Notes: generated by a model not told the origin, from the sequence alone. Positions 44,242 to 54,174 are shown, numbered from the stretch's first letter. The stretch is DNA of 64,000 nt from an archaeon (GCA_018651605.1 JABIDS010000009.1:19966-83965); one strand, 5' to 3'. Made by a program: numbers and translations.

Positions 44242-45501
44242 TTATTTCCAGCTAACTTTTCCTCCATTGAAAATCATATAAAATAGTGAGACTATCCACC
44301 AGAATCCGAATAATACTGCGAAGAATATAAAGAATAATGGAAGGTTGATTGCTAATCCTGAGACTTTTCCTAATTTTTTTGATGCATAGAAAAGATAGGC
44401 TAGAATTATTAAAATGAAGATTATGATGAATATGAAAATTGTGTTTGTGAATAGTAGGAATGCGAGTCTTTCCCAGAAGTAGTAATTTATGTTCAGAAGG
44501 TTTCCTAAGTCGAAGTTAATGCTCTTTAGGAAGTTTATTTCTTTTCCAATGTCTAGGATTGTTTTTATGAAGAAAAATAATGTGATGAATACTGCGAAGA
44601 ATATGCTTATCCATGCGATTGGTAGAACGAAGATTCCCATGTCTCCGTAATCTTTGCTGAATAGTTTTTTGTATTTCCGCATGTTTTTCATTAGTCCGAT
44701 GTACCATCTTCTCCTTTGTTTTAGTAGGTGGGAGAATTTGTTGGGGGCTATTGTGTAGGCAGGGGATTCTGGAGAGTTTTCAATTTTGTATTGATAATAT
44801 TGGATTCTCATTGCTAATTCTAAATCTTCTGTTATGTTTTCTGTTTCATATCCTCCATGTTCTTTAAAGAAACTTGCTCGATATGCTGAAAATGCTCCAG
44901 GAGTTATGTGAATTGCGTTTAGGATTGCAAAAGTTTTTCTTAAGAACAAACCTATTACATATTCAATGTATTGAACTCTTTGAAGGATGTTTTTTGGTTT
45001 GTGTATAACAATTGCTGGAGAGACGCTCATTATTTGAGGGTCTTTGAAATATTTTACCATGTTTTTTAAACTGTATGGTTCAACAAAAGTATCTGCATCC
45101 ATGCTTACTATTATTTCACCTTTGGCTTGAGAGATTCCTAGATTTAGTGCGTATCCTTTTCCTTGTTGTTTTTCTGTGAAAATTTTTATTTTATTTTTTC
45201 CTTTAAAATCTTTTTTGAATTCTTTTGCTAACTTTAATGTTTGGTCTGTGCTTGAATTATCTATTACAATTATTTCTAGTTTTTCTTCTGGGTAATCTGA
45301 TTCTAGAATTGATTGCATGGTTGCCTTTATGCTTTTTTCTTCGTTGTATGCAGGGATTAGTATGGTTACTGTTGGGGATTGTTTGTTTGTGTATGGTTTT
45401 TGTTTTAGATTTATTGCTGAAATGTAAGTGAGGACATAGAATGAGGTTGCTATGAGTCCTAGGTAAATCGAGGTGTATATTATTAGGGTTATGAATGTCA
45501 T
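44242..45501 (-). CDS. family 2 glycosyltransferase, membrane-integrated processive type (cellulose/chitin-synthase-like)
   Basis: N-terminal TM. DxD-type VIDNSSTD and MDADT. Q(R/Q)xRW motif LKQRRRWYIG. C-terminal multi-TM region. Confidence 0.8.
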   Translation of the reverse strand: MTFITLIIYTSIYLGLIATSFYVLTYISAINLKQKPYTNKQSPTVTILIPAYNEEKSIKATMQSILESDYPEEKLEIIVIDNSSTDQTLKLAKEFKKDFKGKNKIKIFTEKQQGKGYALNLGISQAKGEIIVSMDADTFVEPYSLKNMVKYFKDPQIMSVSPAIVIHKPKNILQRVQYIEYVIGLFLRKTFAILNAIHITPGAFSAYRASFFKEHGGYETENITEDLELAMRIQYYQYKIENSPESPAYTIAPNKFSHLLKQRRRWYIGLMKNMRKYKKLFSKDYGDMGIFVLPIAWISIFFAVFITLFFFIKTILDIGKEINFLKSINFDLGNLLNINYYFWERLAFLLFTNTIFIFIIIFILIILAYLFYASKKLGKVSGLAINLPLFFIFFAVLFGFWWIVSLFYMIFNGGKVSWK

Positions 45502-45534
45502 TATTTAATCTAGGTGGTTGTGTTTTAAAGGATT

Positions 45535-45640
45535 GTGGGGGTGGGGTTGTGTCGCTCTCGCGCCTGGACAAGTCCAAGGCGCTCCGCTATTGTATACTGA
45601 AATCTTGTTAAAGTGTATCTTTATGGAGATGAGTTTTCTT
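45535..45640 (+). repeat. hairpin repeat family C-related element (gtggggttgtGTCGCTCTCGCgcctggacaagtccaaggcgCTCCGCTattg)
   Basis: Prefix and suffix shared with 46780-46830. Imperfect GC-rich hairpin 45560-45582. Sits in the intergenic region downstream of the GT2 gene. Confidence 0.55.
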
Positions 45641-45705
45641 TTGTTGATTATATGTTTGTTATACAAATATTTTTAAAGTGATTGTATTAGGGAATTACAT
45701 ATACT

Positions 45706-46098
45706 ATGGAAAATTTATCTCCTGAACAAATTCAATATATTAGAAGTAAGGGTTTTATGATGAAAAAATGTTCTTCTGTTAAAAATCGTTTGTCCTATTT
45801 AGCTTTGGGTGGGAAATTGGAGGAAGTTGGTGAAATGGGAATTGTTTATCAGCCTTTTGGAAGTTTTGTATGTTATGGTACAATGTATATTCATGGGGAG
45901 AAACCAATGACTTCTATAGATGAACTTGTAAACTTAATTGAAACTACTGTAACTAATCCTGTTGCTGTTCAGAGTGAATTCCTTCGTGCAGTTCAGTTTG
46001 AATCAGTGAAAAAAGCTATGGAGAGTCCTATTAAAATAAATGTAAATCATGGGTCTTGGAGAGAAGTTGCAGAAGCACTTATGGATAAATATAGTTAA
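45706..46098 (+). CDS. hypothetical protein
   Basis: 130-aa ORF. Confidence 0.45.
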   Translation: MENLSPEQIQYIRSKGFMMKKCSSVKNRLSYLALGGKLEEVGEMGIVYQPFGSFVCYGTMYIHGEKPMTSIDELVNLIETTVTNPVAVQSEFLRAVQFESVKKAMESPIKINVNHGSWREVAEALMDKYS

Positions 46099-46114
46099 TT
46101 ATTGGTTTTGGTTT

Positions 46115-46933
46115 TTATTCATCTTCGTTTTCATCATCATCCTCAGGAACTATTTCGCTTGTTCCATCTGCTTTTTTTTGTAAGTGGAAATAGTCGAAGA
46201 AGTTGTCGCTTAATTTTAGTTCTTTGGTGTGTCCGATTCTTTTTGCTATTACTAATCCTGTTTCTATGAAATGTTTGATGTGTTCGTATGCTTTGTTTCC
46301 TCTGATGTTTATTATTACTGATTGTTTTACTGGTTGTTTGTATGCAAGGACTGCGAGTGTTTCTTGTTCGGCTTTTGTGAATTCTACGTTTCCTGTTGCG
46401 AGTTTGTTGATTAGTCCGATATATTCTTCTTTGACATCCATTTTGTATTTGTTTTTTTTGTTTACAATTTGGATTGAAGAGGTGTTTTGTGAGTATTGGT
46501 TTGTGAGTTTTTCTAGAAGTTCTCTTAGCATTAATGGATTAATGTCTGTTAGCATGATTAGTTCTTGTATTGTAAGGTAACGAGCTGAGAGAAAAAGTGC
46601 GGCTTCTATTTTCTTTAGGTTTTCTGTTTGGTCGAGTTGGTCGAGTTCTTGAGCTGTGGTGGAGGTGAGATGTTCTGAAGTTGTTGGTGAAGGGGTTATG
46701 GGGGTTGATGGTAAAGGGGTTATGTGGGTTTTTGAGGTTGATGGTGAAGGGGTTATGGGGGTTGATGGTAAAGGGGTTATGTGGGTTGCGTCGCTCTCGC
46801 CGATGACTTCGTCAATCGGCTCCGCTGTTGCAGTCTTAGTATCTGTTAGATTTTTATCGTTTTGTTGGTGGGTTTCTTTTGTTTGTTGATTTAGGGGATT
46901 TTCTTTTGGGGGGTTATTCTCTTCTTTTTCCAT
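46115..46933 (-). CDS. scpB: ScpB-like segregation/condensation protein (tandem wHTH); N-terminal ~100 codons overlap a GC-rich repeat element and may not be coding
   Basis: IEAALFLSARYLTIQELIMLT…EQETLAVLAYKQPVKQSVIINIRG fits the ScpB double wHTH. The N-terminal region is Thr/Pro/Ser low complexity, encoded by a 2x57-bp tandem repeat plus the hairpin at 46799-46820. Confidence 0.6.
   Translation of the reverse strand: MEKEENNPPKENPLNQQTKETHQQNDKNLTDTKTATAEPIDEVIGESDATHITPLPSTPITPSPSTSKTHITPLPSTPITPSPTTSEHLTSTTAQELDQLDQTENLKKIEAALFLSARYLTIQELIMLTDINPLMLRELLEKLTNQYSQNTSSIQIVNKKNKYKMDVKEEYIGLINKLATGNVEFTKAEQETLAVLAYKQPVKQSVIINIRGNKAYEHIKHFIETGLVIAKRIGHTKELKLSDNFFDYFHLQKKADGTSEIVPEDDDENEDE
46650..46850. 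repeat. GC-rich tandem repeat (2 x ~57 bp: ggtgaaggggttatgggggttgatggtaaaggggttatgtgggtt) followed by family C hairpin gccgat-GAC-UUC-GUCA-atcggc
   Basis: Direct visual repeat. GC content well above local background. Hairpin prefix gtgggttgcGTCGCTCTCGC shared with 45540-45560. Confidence 0.65.
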
Positions 46934-47012
46934 GATAGAATTAGTGAGATGGAAGTTTTAAAGGTTTTGTAATTCAGAGAAAAAGTAAACTTCTGCTTTC
47001 TAATCAAAGGAC

Positions 47013-47198
47013 TCATTTTGCTCGCCGTTTTTCTGATATTGCTCTGTCTGTCAATACTTGATAGTGTGGACATTTTTGGCCATTTTTATGACAGATATTT
47101 TCTAAATATGCTGGGGTTAATGCTTGTTGTTGTTTGTATCTTTCTAAATTGTAGTATAGTCCGCATGTTTTATCTCTAATGTAAGGGCATTTAGTCAT
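47013..47198 (-). CDS. hypothetical small Cys-containing protein (61 aa)
   Basis: 4 Cys, 2 His. Overlaps an alternative 60-aa ORF (46891..47073). Weak. Confidence 0.25.
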   Translation of the reverse strand: MTKCPYIRDKTCGLYYNLERYKQQQALTPAYLENICHKNGQKCPHYQVLTDRAISEKRRAK

Positions 47199-47381
47199 TG
47201 ATTTGTTTTGAGAATTAGTTATTTAAAGATTTGTGTGATTATTTTATTTTAGAGTCTAAAGTTATCTATCAAATTACTTCCTAAATTGGATAGCAAAATG
47301 TGTCATATAGTTTATATCAAATTTTGATACAACATTAATAATTAATTAATATAGATAATAGATAACAATAATATTTTTAAA

Positions 47382-47990
47382 TTGTATATATTAAAAAAAA
47401 TGATGGGCCTTCAAGATATATTTGATACAGGAAGGGATGCAAAATTACAAGCTTATTCTAGAGTTCCAATTGAAATTGACAATAGTTGGTATTTGGGAGA
47501 TCATGTAATAATTAATGGGGATGATAGAGGATTTAGAATTGCACTATATCCTAAAGGAGAATTAAGGACTGATGAAAGACCTCTTTTTTTAGGAAGAGAA
47601 CATAATGTAAGCAATCCAGAATTTTTTCTTCTAACAACATTTTCGACTGCTGATCCTGATGATGGATATACTCACAAGGAATATAATGTTTATACTGGAA
47701 GTGCCCCAATTTTAAAAAGAGGTAGTCATGTTAATTCAGGATTTGTTGAAGAAGAAATTCCTGAATTGAAAAATTTAAATACTATGGGCAAGGTAATTCC
47801 AGGTTATCAAACAGGAGTGGCAAAGATGTTTAAAATTAGTTTTTTCCCTTTTGAAAATGATGTGAGAAATTACGAAAAACAATCGGATATTTATATTCTG
47901 GGGTCAGAAGAAGAGCCATCTAGAGTTCTTGATGGAGATCCTAGTAGGTTCACAAAAATTCTAGATAATTTATTTTTTGAATTGGATTAA
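47382..47990 (+). CDS. hypothetical protein
   Basis: 202-aa ORF with A-rich composition. Confidence 0.45.
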   Translation: MYILKKMMGLQDIFDTGRDAKLQAYSRVPIEIDNSWYLGDHVIINGDDRGFRIALYPKGELRTDERPLFLGREHNVSNPEFFLLTTFSTADPDDGYTHKEYNVYTGSAPILKRGSHVNSGFVEEEIPELKNLNTMGKVIPGYQTGVAKMFKISFFPFENDVRNYEKQSDIYILGSEEEPSRVLDGDPSRFTKILDNLFFELD

Positions 47991-48035
47991 TGCCAGCATT
48001 TTATTAACTATTAAGTATAATTATATCTAGAATGA

Positions 48036-49133
48036 TTATCCAACCTTAAATCTTAATATTGCGCCTATCCCACTTAAATTCCAGAATTGTTCACCTTCTT
48101 CGGTTTCTATGGAAACCATTTCAATCTCTACTCCTGTTTCACTTGCTTTTTTTTCAAATGCTTTTATTTCTGATTTTTTTAGTTTTTTACTTAAGAAGAG
48201 TTTGTCAACTGCCCCTAAGGTTAGGGCTTTTTCTACTGGTTCTTTGCCGTAGGCTGTTTTATCTTTTTCTTTTCCTAGCATGTTGAAGAATTTTTCCATT
48301 AGTTTTTTTTCTCTTATTATTTCTTGTTCTGCTAATAGGTCTCCTGATGTTTCTACTAGGAGTTCTAGTCCGTGTTCGTCTGCATATCCTATATCTTTTA
48401 CCCCTAAGACTAAATCTTGTAGGGCAGTTATCATGTTTCCTTGTTTTAGGAAATCTTCTTTTGTTGGACCTGGGCCTCCGACTAATATTCCTTTTAGGTT
48501 TTTTAAACCATAGAATTCTAATTTTACAGCTTCTGCGACTTTTCTGAAGAATTCTTTTGCTAGTCCTTCCCTTATTCTTCCATAACGTGCTGAGGACTGT
48601 CCACCTTTTGTTGTTTTTCCTGGAACGAATGAGTCGAAGTGTTGTAGCATTTTTATTTTTTTACCTATTAATAATCCAAATGCTGCTTCTTTTCTGTCAA
48701 TTACAATTAATCCGTAGATTTCTTTTACTTCTAGCATTTCTTCTAATGGTTCAATTACAAAAGTTTGATCACATCGGTATAAACGTGCATTTAATTCTTC
48801 TGGGGGTTCGAATACTTCTACTATGAATTCATCTTCTCCTTTTTCTTGTGGGACTTTTCCTGCAAATAATCCTAGTCCGTTTGGTGGTGCTTGTCTCATT
48901 TGTTTACAGATTCTTACTAATGATTCTAATGCGTCTTGAACGTTTTTTCTTGTTGCTGTTGATTTAATGTTTGATGCTGTTGAACGTTCTGCTTCTAATT
49001 GTTTTGTTATGAGATTTATATCAAATCCTGCTGGAACTAAGACTGTGATTAGTTCTGTATGTCTTGCTTTTAGAGGTTTCATTTTTTCAATGAATTCTTC
49101 TAAATTGTCTCGTTGTTTTGCGTCCATTGCCAT
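48036..49133 (-). CDS. prf1: peptide chain release factor aRF1
   Basis: NIKS motif (TASNIKS) and GGQ motif (KGGQSSARYGR). 365 aa. Confidence 0.85.
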   Translation of the reverse strand: MAMDAKQRDNLEEFIEKMKPLKARHTELITVLVPAGFDINLITKQLEAERSTASNIKSTATRKNVQDALESLVRICKQMRQAPPNGLGLFAGKVPQEKGEDEFIVEVFEPPEELNARLYRCDQTFVIEPLEEMLEVKEIYGLIVIDRKEAAFGLLIGKKIKMLQHFDSFVPGKTTKGGQSSARYGRIREGLAKEFFRKVAEAVKLEFYGLKNLKGILVGGPGPTKEDFLKQGNMITALQDLVLGVKDIGYADEHGLELLVETSGDLLAEQEIIREKKLMEKFFNMLGKEKDKTAYGKEPVEKALTLGAVDKLFLSKKLKKSEIKAFEKKASETGVEIEMVSIETEEGEQFWNLSGIGAILRFKVG

Positions 49134-49208
49134 GTTAAGAAGTAGGTTGGTGTGTTTTTAATTGTTTTGATTAATTGAATCCTTTTTGTCTATTAATCAT
49201 AATATATC

Positions 49209-49526
49209 TTACATAAGATTTTCTGCTAATTCTGTGATTTGATCTTGAGTCAGGGTTGCAGTTATATTTCCTATTGTTGAGTTAGGGGAATAATCTTTAC
49301 CTTTTTCTAAGCTATAGAAATCTAAATCTTTAGAAATTTCGAAAAGTAAGTTTTCCATTTCTTGAGAAGTGTTGTTTTGTCTTTTATCAGATATTTTGTC
49401 GTATCTGTTTTGTGTTTTTAATGTTATTAATTTTGGAGGATCTTGGGGCCATATAGATATCCTAAATGGGCCTGGTTCTTTTTGATGAAATTTATCTGTA
49501 AGCTCTCGAGATATTTTCTTAACCAT
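49209..49526 (-). CDS. hypothetical protein
   Basis: 105-aa ORF. Confidence 0.4.
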   Translation of the reverse strand: MVKKISRELTDKFHQKEPGPFRISIWPQDPPKLITLKTQNRYDKISDKRQNNTSQEMENLLFEISKDLDFYSLEKGKDYSPNSTIGNITATLTQDQITELAENLM

Positions 49527-49574
49527 AATTATTATGAGAATAAGGTATTATAAGGTTTATTGAGGTGAGATATA

Positions 49575-49650
49575 TTGTTTGTTGAAGAGGTTTTGTAGCT
49601 GACTTCATCAGGCTACTTCATAAAATTCTGATAATACTAATTTTCTGATA
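49575..49650 (+). repeat. hairpin repeat family C variant (gtagc-TGAC-UUCA-UCAggctac)
   Basis: Same GAC-UUC-(G/A)UC core as the hairpins at 38144, 41069 and 46799. Intergenic between convergent/tandem minus-strand genes. Confidence 0.45.
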
Positions 49651-49675
49651 TTCTAGAAATAGTTAAAAATTAATT

Positions 49676-49996
49676 TCATTGTATTGCATCTAATTTAAAA
49701 TCCTCTATAACCTCATAAGATTTTTCTCTTAATTCTTCTGCTTGTTGGAGAGTTAAGGTAGCAGTAATCATTCCTAGATTTTTTAAAACACTATATTGTT
49801 GTTTGCTTACTCCTAATTCTTCTAAATCTTTAATAACAGGTTCTAAGGATTTTCCTATTCTATCCGATATCGAAACTCTTTCTTCAGGACTTTTTCTAAA
49901 ATAACCTTTGGGAGAATCAGTATTACCTTGGAGAGGTTCATGTTTCATCCAAATGGCATAATTCCTCTTTACATTTTGATCTAATGATTCTGGCAT
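49676..49996 (-). CDS. hypothetical protein
   Basis: 106-aa ORF. Confidence 0.4.
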   Translation of the reverse strand: MPESLDQNVKRNYAIWMKHEPLQGNTDSPKGYFRKSPEERVSISDRIGKSLEPVIKDLEELGVSKQQYSVLKNLGMITATLTLQQAEELREKSYEVIEDFKLDAIQ

Positions 49997-50027
49997 CTAA
50001 ATATTAGTTTTGAATATTATATAAAGA

Positions 50028-52385
50028 TTATTCTTCTACAAATTCTACTTTGAAATTTCCTTTTTTAATTTCTTTTGCGTTTGTAACGTCTTGTATGTCT
50101 TGTAAGAGGTCTTTGATTTTTTCGTATTGTTTTTCAGGCATTGTTAGAATAATTTCTGATTTCATTGATTTTTGTTTTTTTGTTTTAGCTTGTCTAACTT
50201 TACTTAAAACATCTATGAATGCATCTAGTGTTGTGTCATATTTTTCATTTTCTAAGTTTTCTGATTCTGGCCATTCGCTAATGTGGATTGAATCTTGTTT
50301 TTCTGTTTTTTTGAAATAAGTTTGATAGATTTCTTCTGTTATGAAAGGCATGATTGGTGCGATTAATTTTAAGATTGTTAAAAGTGATTTGTATAAGGTG
50401 TATTGGGCTGAGATTTTTTTAGGGCCTGTTTGGTTGTAAATTCTTTTTTTTACAATTTCCATGTAATTATCTGCAAACATGTTCCAAAAGAATTTTTCTG
50501 TTTCTGCTTTTGCTTTTGAGTATTCGTAGGTTTCAAATCTATAGGTTGCGCTTTTTACTAAGATATCTAATTTTTGTAAAAAGAGTTTATCTATTTTTTC
50601 TAGTTGTTTTGGTTTTTGGTTTTTGTAATCTTCTAAATTCATGAATACGAATTTTGAAGCGTTTGATAGTTTGTTTAGGAATTTTTTTCCTGTGATTAAA
50701 TCTTTTTCTTGATAGTCTAAGTCGTTACCTAGTTTTGAACCTGCTGCCCAAAATCTTAAGGCGTCTGCTCCGTAATCTTCTAAGAGTTTTTTTGGTTGGA
50801 TTCCTGTTCCTTTACTTTTGCTCATTTTTTCTCCACTTAGTGTAACATATCCTGAAATCATTATATCTTCCCAAGGAATTTCTTTTTCATGCATAAATGA
50901 TTTAGCAATTGTGTAAAACGCCCATGTCCGGATTATGTCGTGTGCTTGGGGCCTTAATGAAAATGGAATTTTTATTTTGAGATTTTTGTCTTTTGATAAA
51001 CTTATTGCTGATGCTATTTGAGGAGTCATTGATGAAGTTGCCCAAGTGTCTAAGACTTTTTCTTCCCCTTTAGCTTCTTTATTACATTTTGGACATTGTT
51101 TTTTTGTTTGTAATGGATCTACTGGAAGTTCCTCATTGTTTGGTAAAATTATTTCATTGCATTCTTTGCATTCCCATACAGGTATTGGAACTCCGAAATG
51201 TCTTTCTCTTGAAATTGACCAATCCCATTCTAAGCCATTGACCCAATTTTCATATCTCTTAAACATGTATTTTGGATACCAGTTTACTTTCTTACCTTGT
51301 TTGATTAGTTTAGATTTTTTGTCTAAAAGTTTGATGAACCATTGTTCTGTTGTTATGAATTCTATGGGGGTTCCACATTTGTCGTGGGTATTTATTGCAT
51401 GAGTTATTTGTTTTTGTTCTTCTATTAGATTGTTTTCTTTTAAATCTTCTAGGATTTTTTTTCTTGCTTGTTTGACTCTTAGTCCCTTATATTCTGTTTG
51501 TTTTAATGTTCCATCTGGATTTAAAATTAATTTTGGTTCTAGTTTATGTCTATTTATAGATTTCACATCGTATTTATCTCCATAAGAGCAAATCATTAAG
51601 ACTCCTGTTCCTTTATCTATCTCTGCTGATTCATCTTCTAAAATTGGAACTTCAAAATTGAAAAGAGGGACTGTTGCTTTTTTGTTAATTAAATTTTTGT
51701 ATCTTTTGTCTTTGGGATTTACGAAAACTGCAACGCATGCTGGAAGTAATTCTGGCCTTGTTGTTGCAATTAATAAATCTTTATTATCTGCTTTGAATCT
51801 TAATGTGGTGAATAAACTTTCTTCTTCTTTGTCTTCTAGTTCTGCCTGTGCTATTGTTGTTTGACATTCTGGGCACCAAAGTGTTGGGAATTCTTTTTTG
51901 TATATTTCCTTTTTTTTGTATAAATCTATAAAAGATTGTTGTGAAACTCTTTGTGAATTTTTGTCTATTGTTGAATAGTAGATATTGTAATCGCAACTTA
52001 TTCCTAAATCTTTGTAATCTTGGATAAAGTCAGGAGTCATTTTTTTGAGAGTTTTTAGGCAGAGGTTTATGAAATCTGCTCTTGACATGCTCTTGCTTCT
52101 TATCTTGTTTTCTTTTTCGACATATCTTTCTGTTGGGAGTCCGTTATCATCTGTTCCAAAAGGATAGAAAACATTATTTTTCATTCTTTGGAATCTTGCA
52201 ATGAAATCTTGTTGTGAATAAGAGAATGCGTGTCCTATATGCATTTTTCCAGAAAGGTATGGTGGAGGTGTGTCTATGCTGAATGTTTGTTTTTTAGATT
52301 TTGAGTTGAATTTATAGGTTTTGTTTTTTTCCCAGAACTTTCTGATTTTGTCTTCTGTTTCTTGTGCATTGTATTGTTTTCCCAT
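50028..52385 (-). CDS. valS: class I aminoacyl-tRNA synthetase, most likely valyl-tRNA synthetase (compact, 785 aa)
   Basis: TPPPYLSGKMHIGHAFSYSQQDFIARFQRM…FGTDDNGLPTE resembles the archaeal ValRS HIGH region (G.D.NGLP rather than LeuRS TG.PI). KMSKS present (EKMSKSKGTG). Confidence 0.65.
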   Translation of the reverse strand: MGKQYNAQETEDKIRKFWEKNKTYKFNSKSKKQTFSIDTPPPYLSGKMHIGHAFSYSQQDFIARFQRMKNNVFYPFGTDDNGLPTERYVEKENKIRSKSMSRADFINLCLKTLKKMTPDFIQDYKDLGISCDYNIYYSTIDKNSQRVSQQSFIDLYKKKEIYKKEFPTLWCPECQTTIAQAELEDKEEESLFTTLRFKADNKDLLIATTRPELLPACVAVFVNPKDKRYKNLINKKATVPLFNFEVPILEDESAEIDKGTGVLMICSYGDKYDVKSINRHKLEPKLILNPDGTLKQTEYKGLRVKQARKKILEDLKENNLIEEQKQITHAINTHDKCGTPIEFITTEQWFIKLLDKKSKLIKQGKKVNWYPKYMFKRYENWVNGLEWDWSISRERHFGVPIPVWECKECNEIILPNNEELPVDPLQTKKQCPKCNKEAKGEEKVLDTWATSSMTPQIASAISLSKDKNLKIKIPFSLRPQAHDIIRTWAFYTIAKSFMHEKEIPWEDIMISGYVTLSGEKMSKSKGTGIQPKKLLEDYGADALRFWAAGSKLGNDLDYQEKDLITGKKFLNKLSNASKFVFMNLEDYKNQKPKQLEKIDKLFLQKLDILVKSATYRFETYEYSKAKAETEKFFWNMFADNYMEIVKKRIYNQTGPKKISAQYTLYKSLLTILKLIAPIMPFITEEIYQTYFKKTEKQDSIHISEWPESENLENEKYDTTLDAFIDVLSKVRQAKTKKQKSMKSEIILTMPEKQYEKIKDLLQDIQDVTNAKEIKKGNFKVEFVEE

Positions 52386-52521
52386 ATCTTTTTGAGGTTA
52401 TTTGAGGTTTTAAAAGTTATGTTTAAGGGAAAGTCTTAAAAAGTGATTATTTCTATTTATATTAAGATGGCACATCAAGAATTAAAAATTCTTGTGGTAC
52501 CATTTTTACAAACGAATAAAA

Positions 52522-52686
52522 ATGGCAGAACAAGGAATGCAGATGCCTGGCGCTTTTGGCGGGTTGATGCGATACAATGAAGAATATAAAAGTAAATTTA
52601 TGCTTAAACCTTCGCATATAGTTGGGTTTATAATTTTTATTTTGGTTTTTGTTGCAGTGCTGAAAATATTTTTTCCGATAGCTTAA
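52522..52686 (+). CDS. secG: preprotein translocase subunit Sec61beta (SecG)
   Basis: MAEQGMQMPGAFGGLMRYNEEY… then a single C-terminal TM: archaeal Sec-beta pattern (…GL.RY.EE…TM). Start taken at the internal ATG. Confidence 0.55.
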   Translation: MAEQGMQMPGAFGGLMRYNEEYKSKFMLKPSHIVGFIIFILVFVAVLKIFFPIA

Positions 52687-52687
52687 A

Positions 52688-53092
52688 ATGATACCTGGAA
52701 TAAATCCTAAAAAAATGCAAGCAATGATGAAGCAGATGGGAATGTCGCAGGATGAAATTGATGCTGTTCGTGTTGTTATTGAGTGTGAGGATAGGAAGAT
52801 AATTATTGATGAGCCGAGTGTTGTTAAGATTAATATGCAGGGGCAGGAGAATTTTCAGATTTCAGGAGATGTTAGTGAAGTTTCTAATGGAGAGGGAGAT
52901 ATTTCTGGGGCTGTTGCACCTGAAGGCGTACCCTCTGAGGGCAGGGCTGTTGAAGAAGAGGAAGAAGAAGATAAAAGTGAGGAAGATGTTGCAGTTATTG
53001 TTGAGAGAACTGGAGTGAGTGAGGAAGAGGCTAAGAAGGCTCTTGAAGAGGCTGAGGGTGATTTAACTGAGGCTTTAATGGCTTTGGGTTAA
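52688..53092 (+). CDS. nac: nascent polypeptide-associated complex alpha subunit (NAC domain + UBA)
   Basis: MIPGINPKKMQAMMKQMGM… NAC domain. C-terminal VSEEEAKKALEEAEGDLTEALMAL UBA-like tail. Confidence 0.8.
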   Translation: MIPGINPKKMQAMMKQMGMSQDEIDAVRVVIECEDRKIIIDEPSVVKINMQGQENFQISGDVSEVSNGEGDISGAVAPEGVPSEGRAVEEEEEEDKSEEDVAVIVERTGVSEEEAKKALEEAEGDLTEALMALG

Positions 53093-53131
53093 AACCTAAA
53101 TTTTTATTAAATCTGATTACTTAGTTATTTT

Positions 53132-53569
53132 ATGGTTGAATCTAGGGAATATCTGGACCTTGCTATCAGAAGTTTGCAGATTGCAGACCATCTGACTTAT
53201 GTGACATATCCGTTGATTAAGGATAATAAATTGTTGTTAAAGGTTCTTCTTGAGATGAATAAATGTATTGTTAATTATATTAGTTTTGTTATTGAAGGAG
53301 GGGATTGGAATGAGAAGTTTAGGGGTTTTTTGAAGAATAATGATGTGGATGGTTTTTTGAATAATGAAGAGATTAAGAAAGTGAAGGAGATTTTGGATTT
53401 GGGTAAGGGGTATGGAAGGAGTGCTATTGAGTTTTCTAGGGGTGATAAGGTTGTTATGATGTCTGATGATTTGAATGTGCAGGTTTTGGATGTTGAGAGG
53501 ATTAAGGATTATTTGAGAGTTGTTAAGAAGTTGATTCAGGAAAAAATGGAACTTTCTTATAAAAAGTAG
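53132..53569 (+). CDS. hypothetical protein (paralog of downstream ORF)
   Basis: 145 aa. Shares the ADHLxYV…LI N-terminal pattern and overall layout with 53703-54167. Confidence 0.45.
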   Translation: MVESREYLDLAIRSLQIADHLTYVTYPLIKDNKLLLKVLLEMNKCIVNYISFVIEGGDWNEKFRGFLKNNDVDGFLNNEEIKKVKEILDLGKGYGRSAIEFSRGDKVVMMSDDLNVQVLDVERIKDYLRVVKKLIQEKMELSYKK

Positions 53570-53702
53570 GAAGAAGTAAGAGGATTTGGAATTCTTATTA
53601 TTTGTTAATTTTCAACAAAACCTTTATATAGAAGTGACACCTCTATAATTTTACCTCTTTTGTAATCTTTTAGGATTTAAAATAGAGAGGGAACTATCAA
53701 AT

Positions 53703-54167
53703 ATGTCGGAAGCTTTGGAAAAAATAATTAAGGAAAAGATTAGTGCGGACCACTTACTCTATGTTAGTATGAAATATACTAAAACATGTGATGTTATGAT
53801 TAATTTGATTCAGAGATGGAAGATTATGATGGATTATTCTTTTGATGGATTGCTTGAGAAAGCTAAGAAAAATAAGACTATTAAGAAGATTCCGACTGCT
53901 CCTAAGTTAAAGGTTGATTTGATAAAGGAGATTTTTGCTGATGAGCCTGATGTTATGGATGCTGTTGATGAGTATTTGATGTTTAAGTTGATAAAAATTC
54001 TTAAAAACACTAAGGAAGGAGAGTTTAGGAAGGGTGTTTGTTTGAGAGTTACATTTAAAGGAAAAGAAGTGGCTGTAAACTTGGATAAGTTGAAGGAATA
54101 TTCTGAAATTCTAGAAAGGTTTATAAATTACACGAAGCTTTTTCTTTCAACACCTAAGAAAAAATAA
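53703..54167 (+). CDS. hypothetical protein (paralog of upstream ORF)
   Basis: 154 aa. See the ORF at 53132-53569. Confidence 0.45.
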   Translation: MSEALEKIIKEKISADHLLYVSMKYTKTCDVMINLIQRWKIMMDYSFDGLLEKAKKNKTIKKIPTAPKLKVDLIKEIFADEPDVMDAVDEYLMFKLIKILKNTKEGEFRKGVCLRVTFKGKEVAVNLDKLKEYSEILERFINYTKLFLSTPKKK

Positions 54168-54174
54168 TTTTAGG

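Noticed and set aside
46650-46850. Possible CRISPR array (tandem ~57-bp repeats) or CRISPR-like array at 54175-54310
   Set aside because: Only 2-3 units. 'Spacers' are absent or of non-uniform length, and the repeats are not palindromic CRISPR-like. No cas genes in the window.
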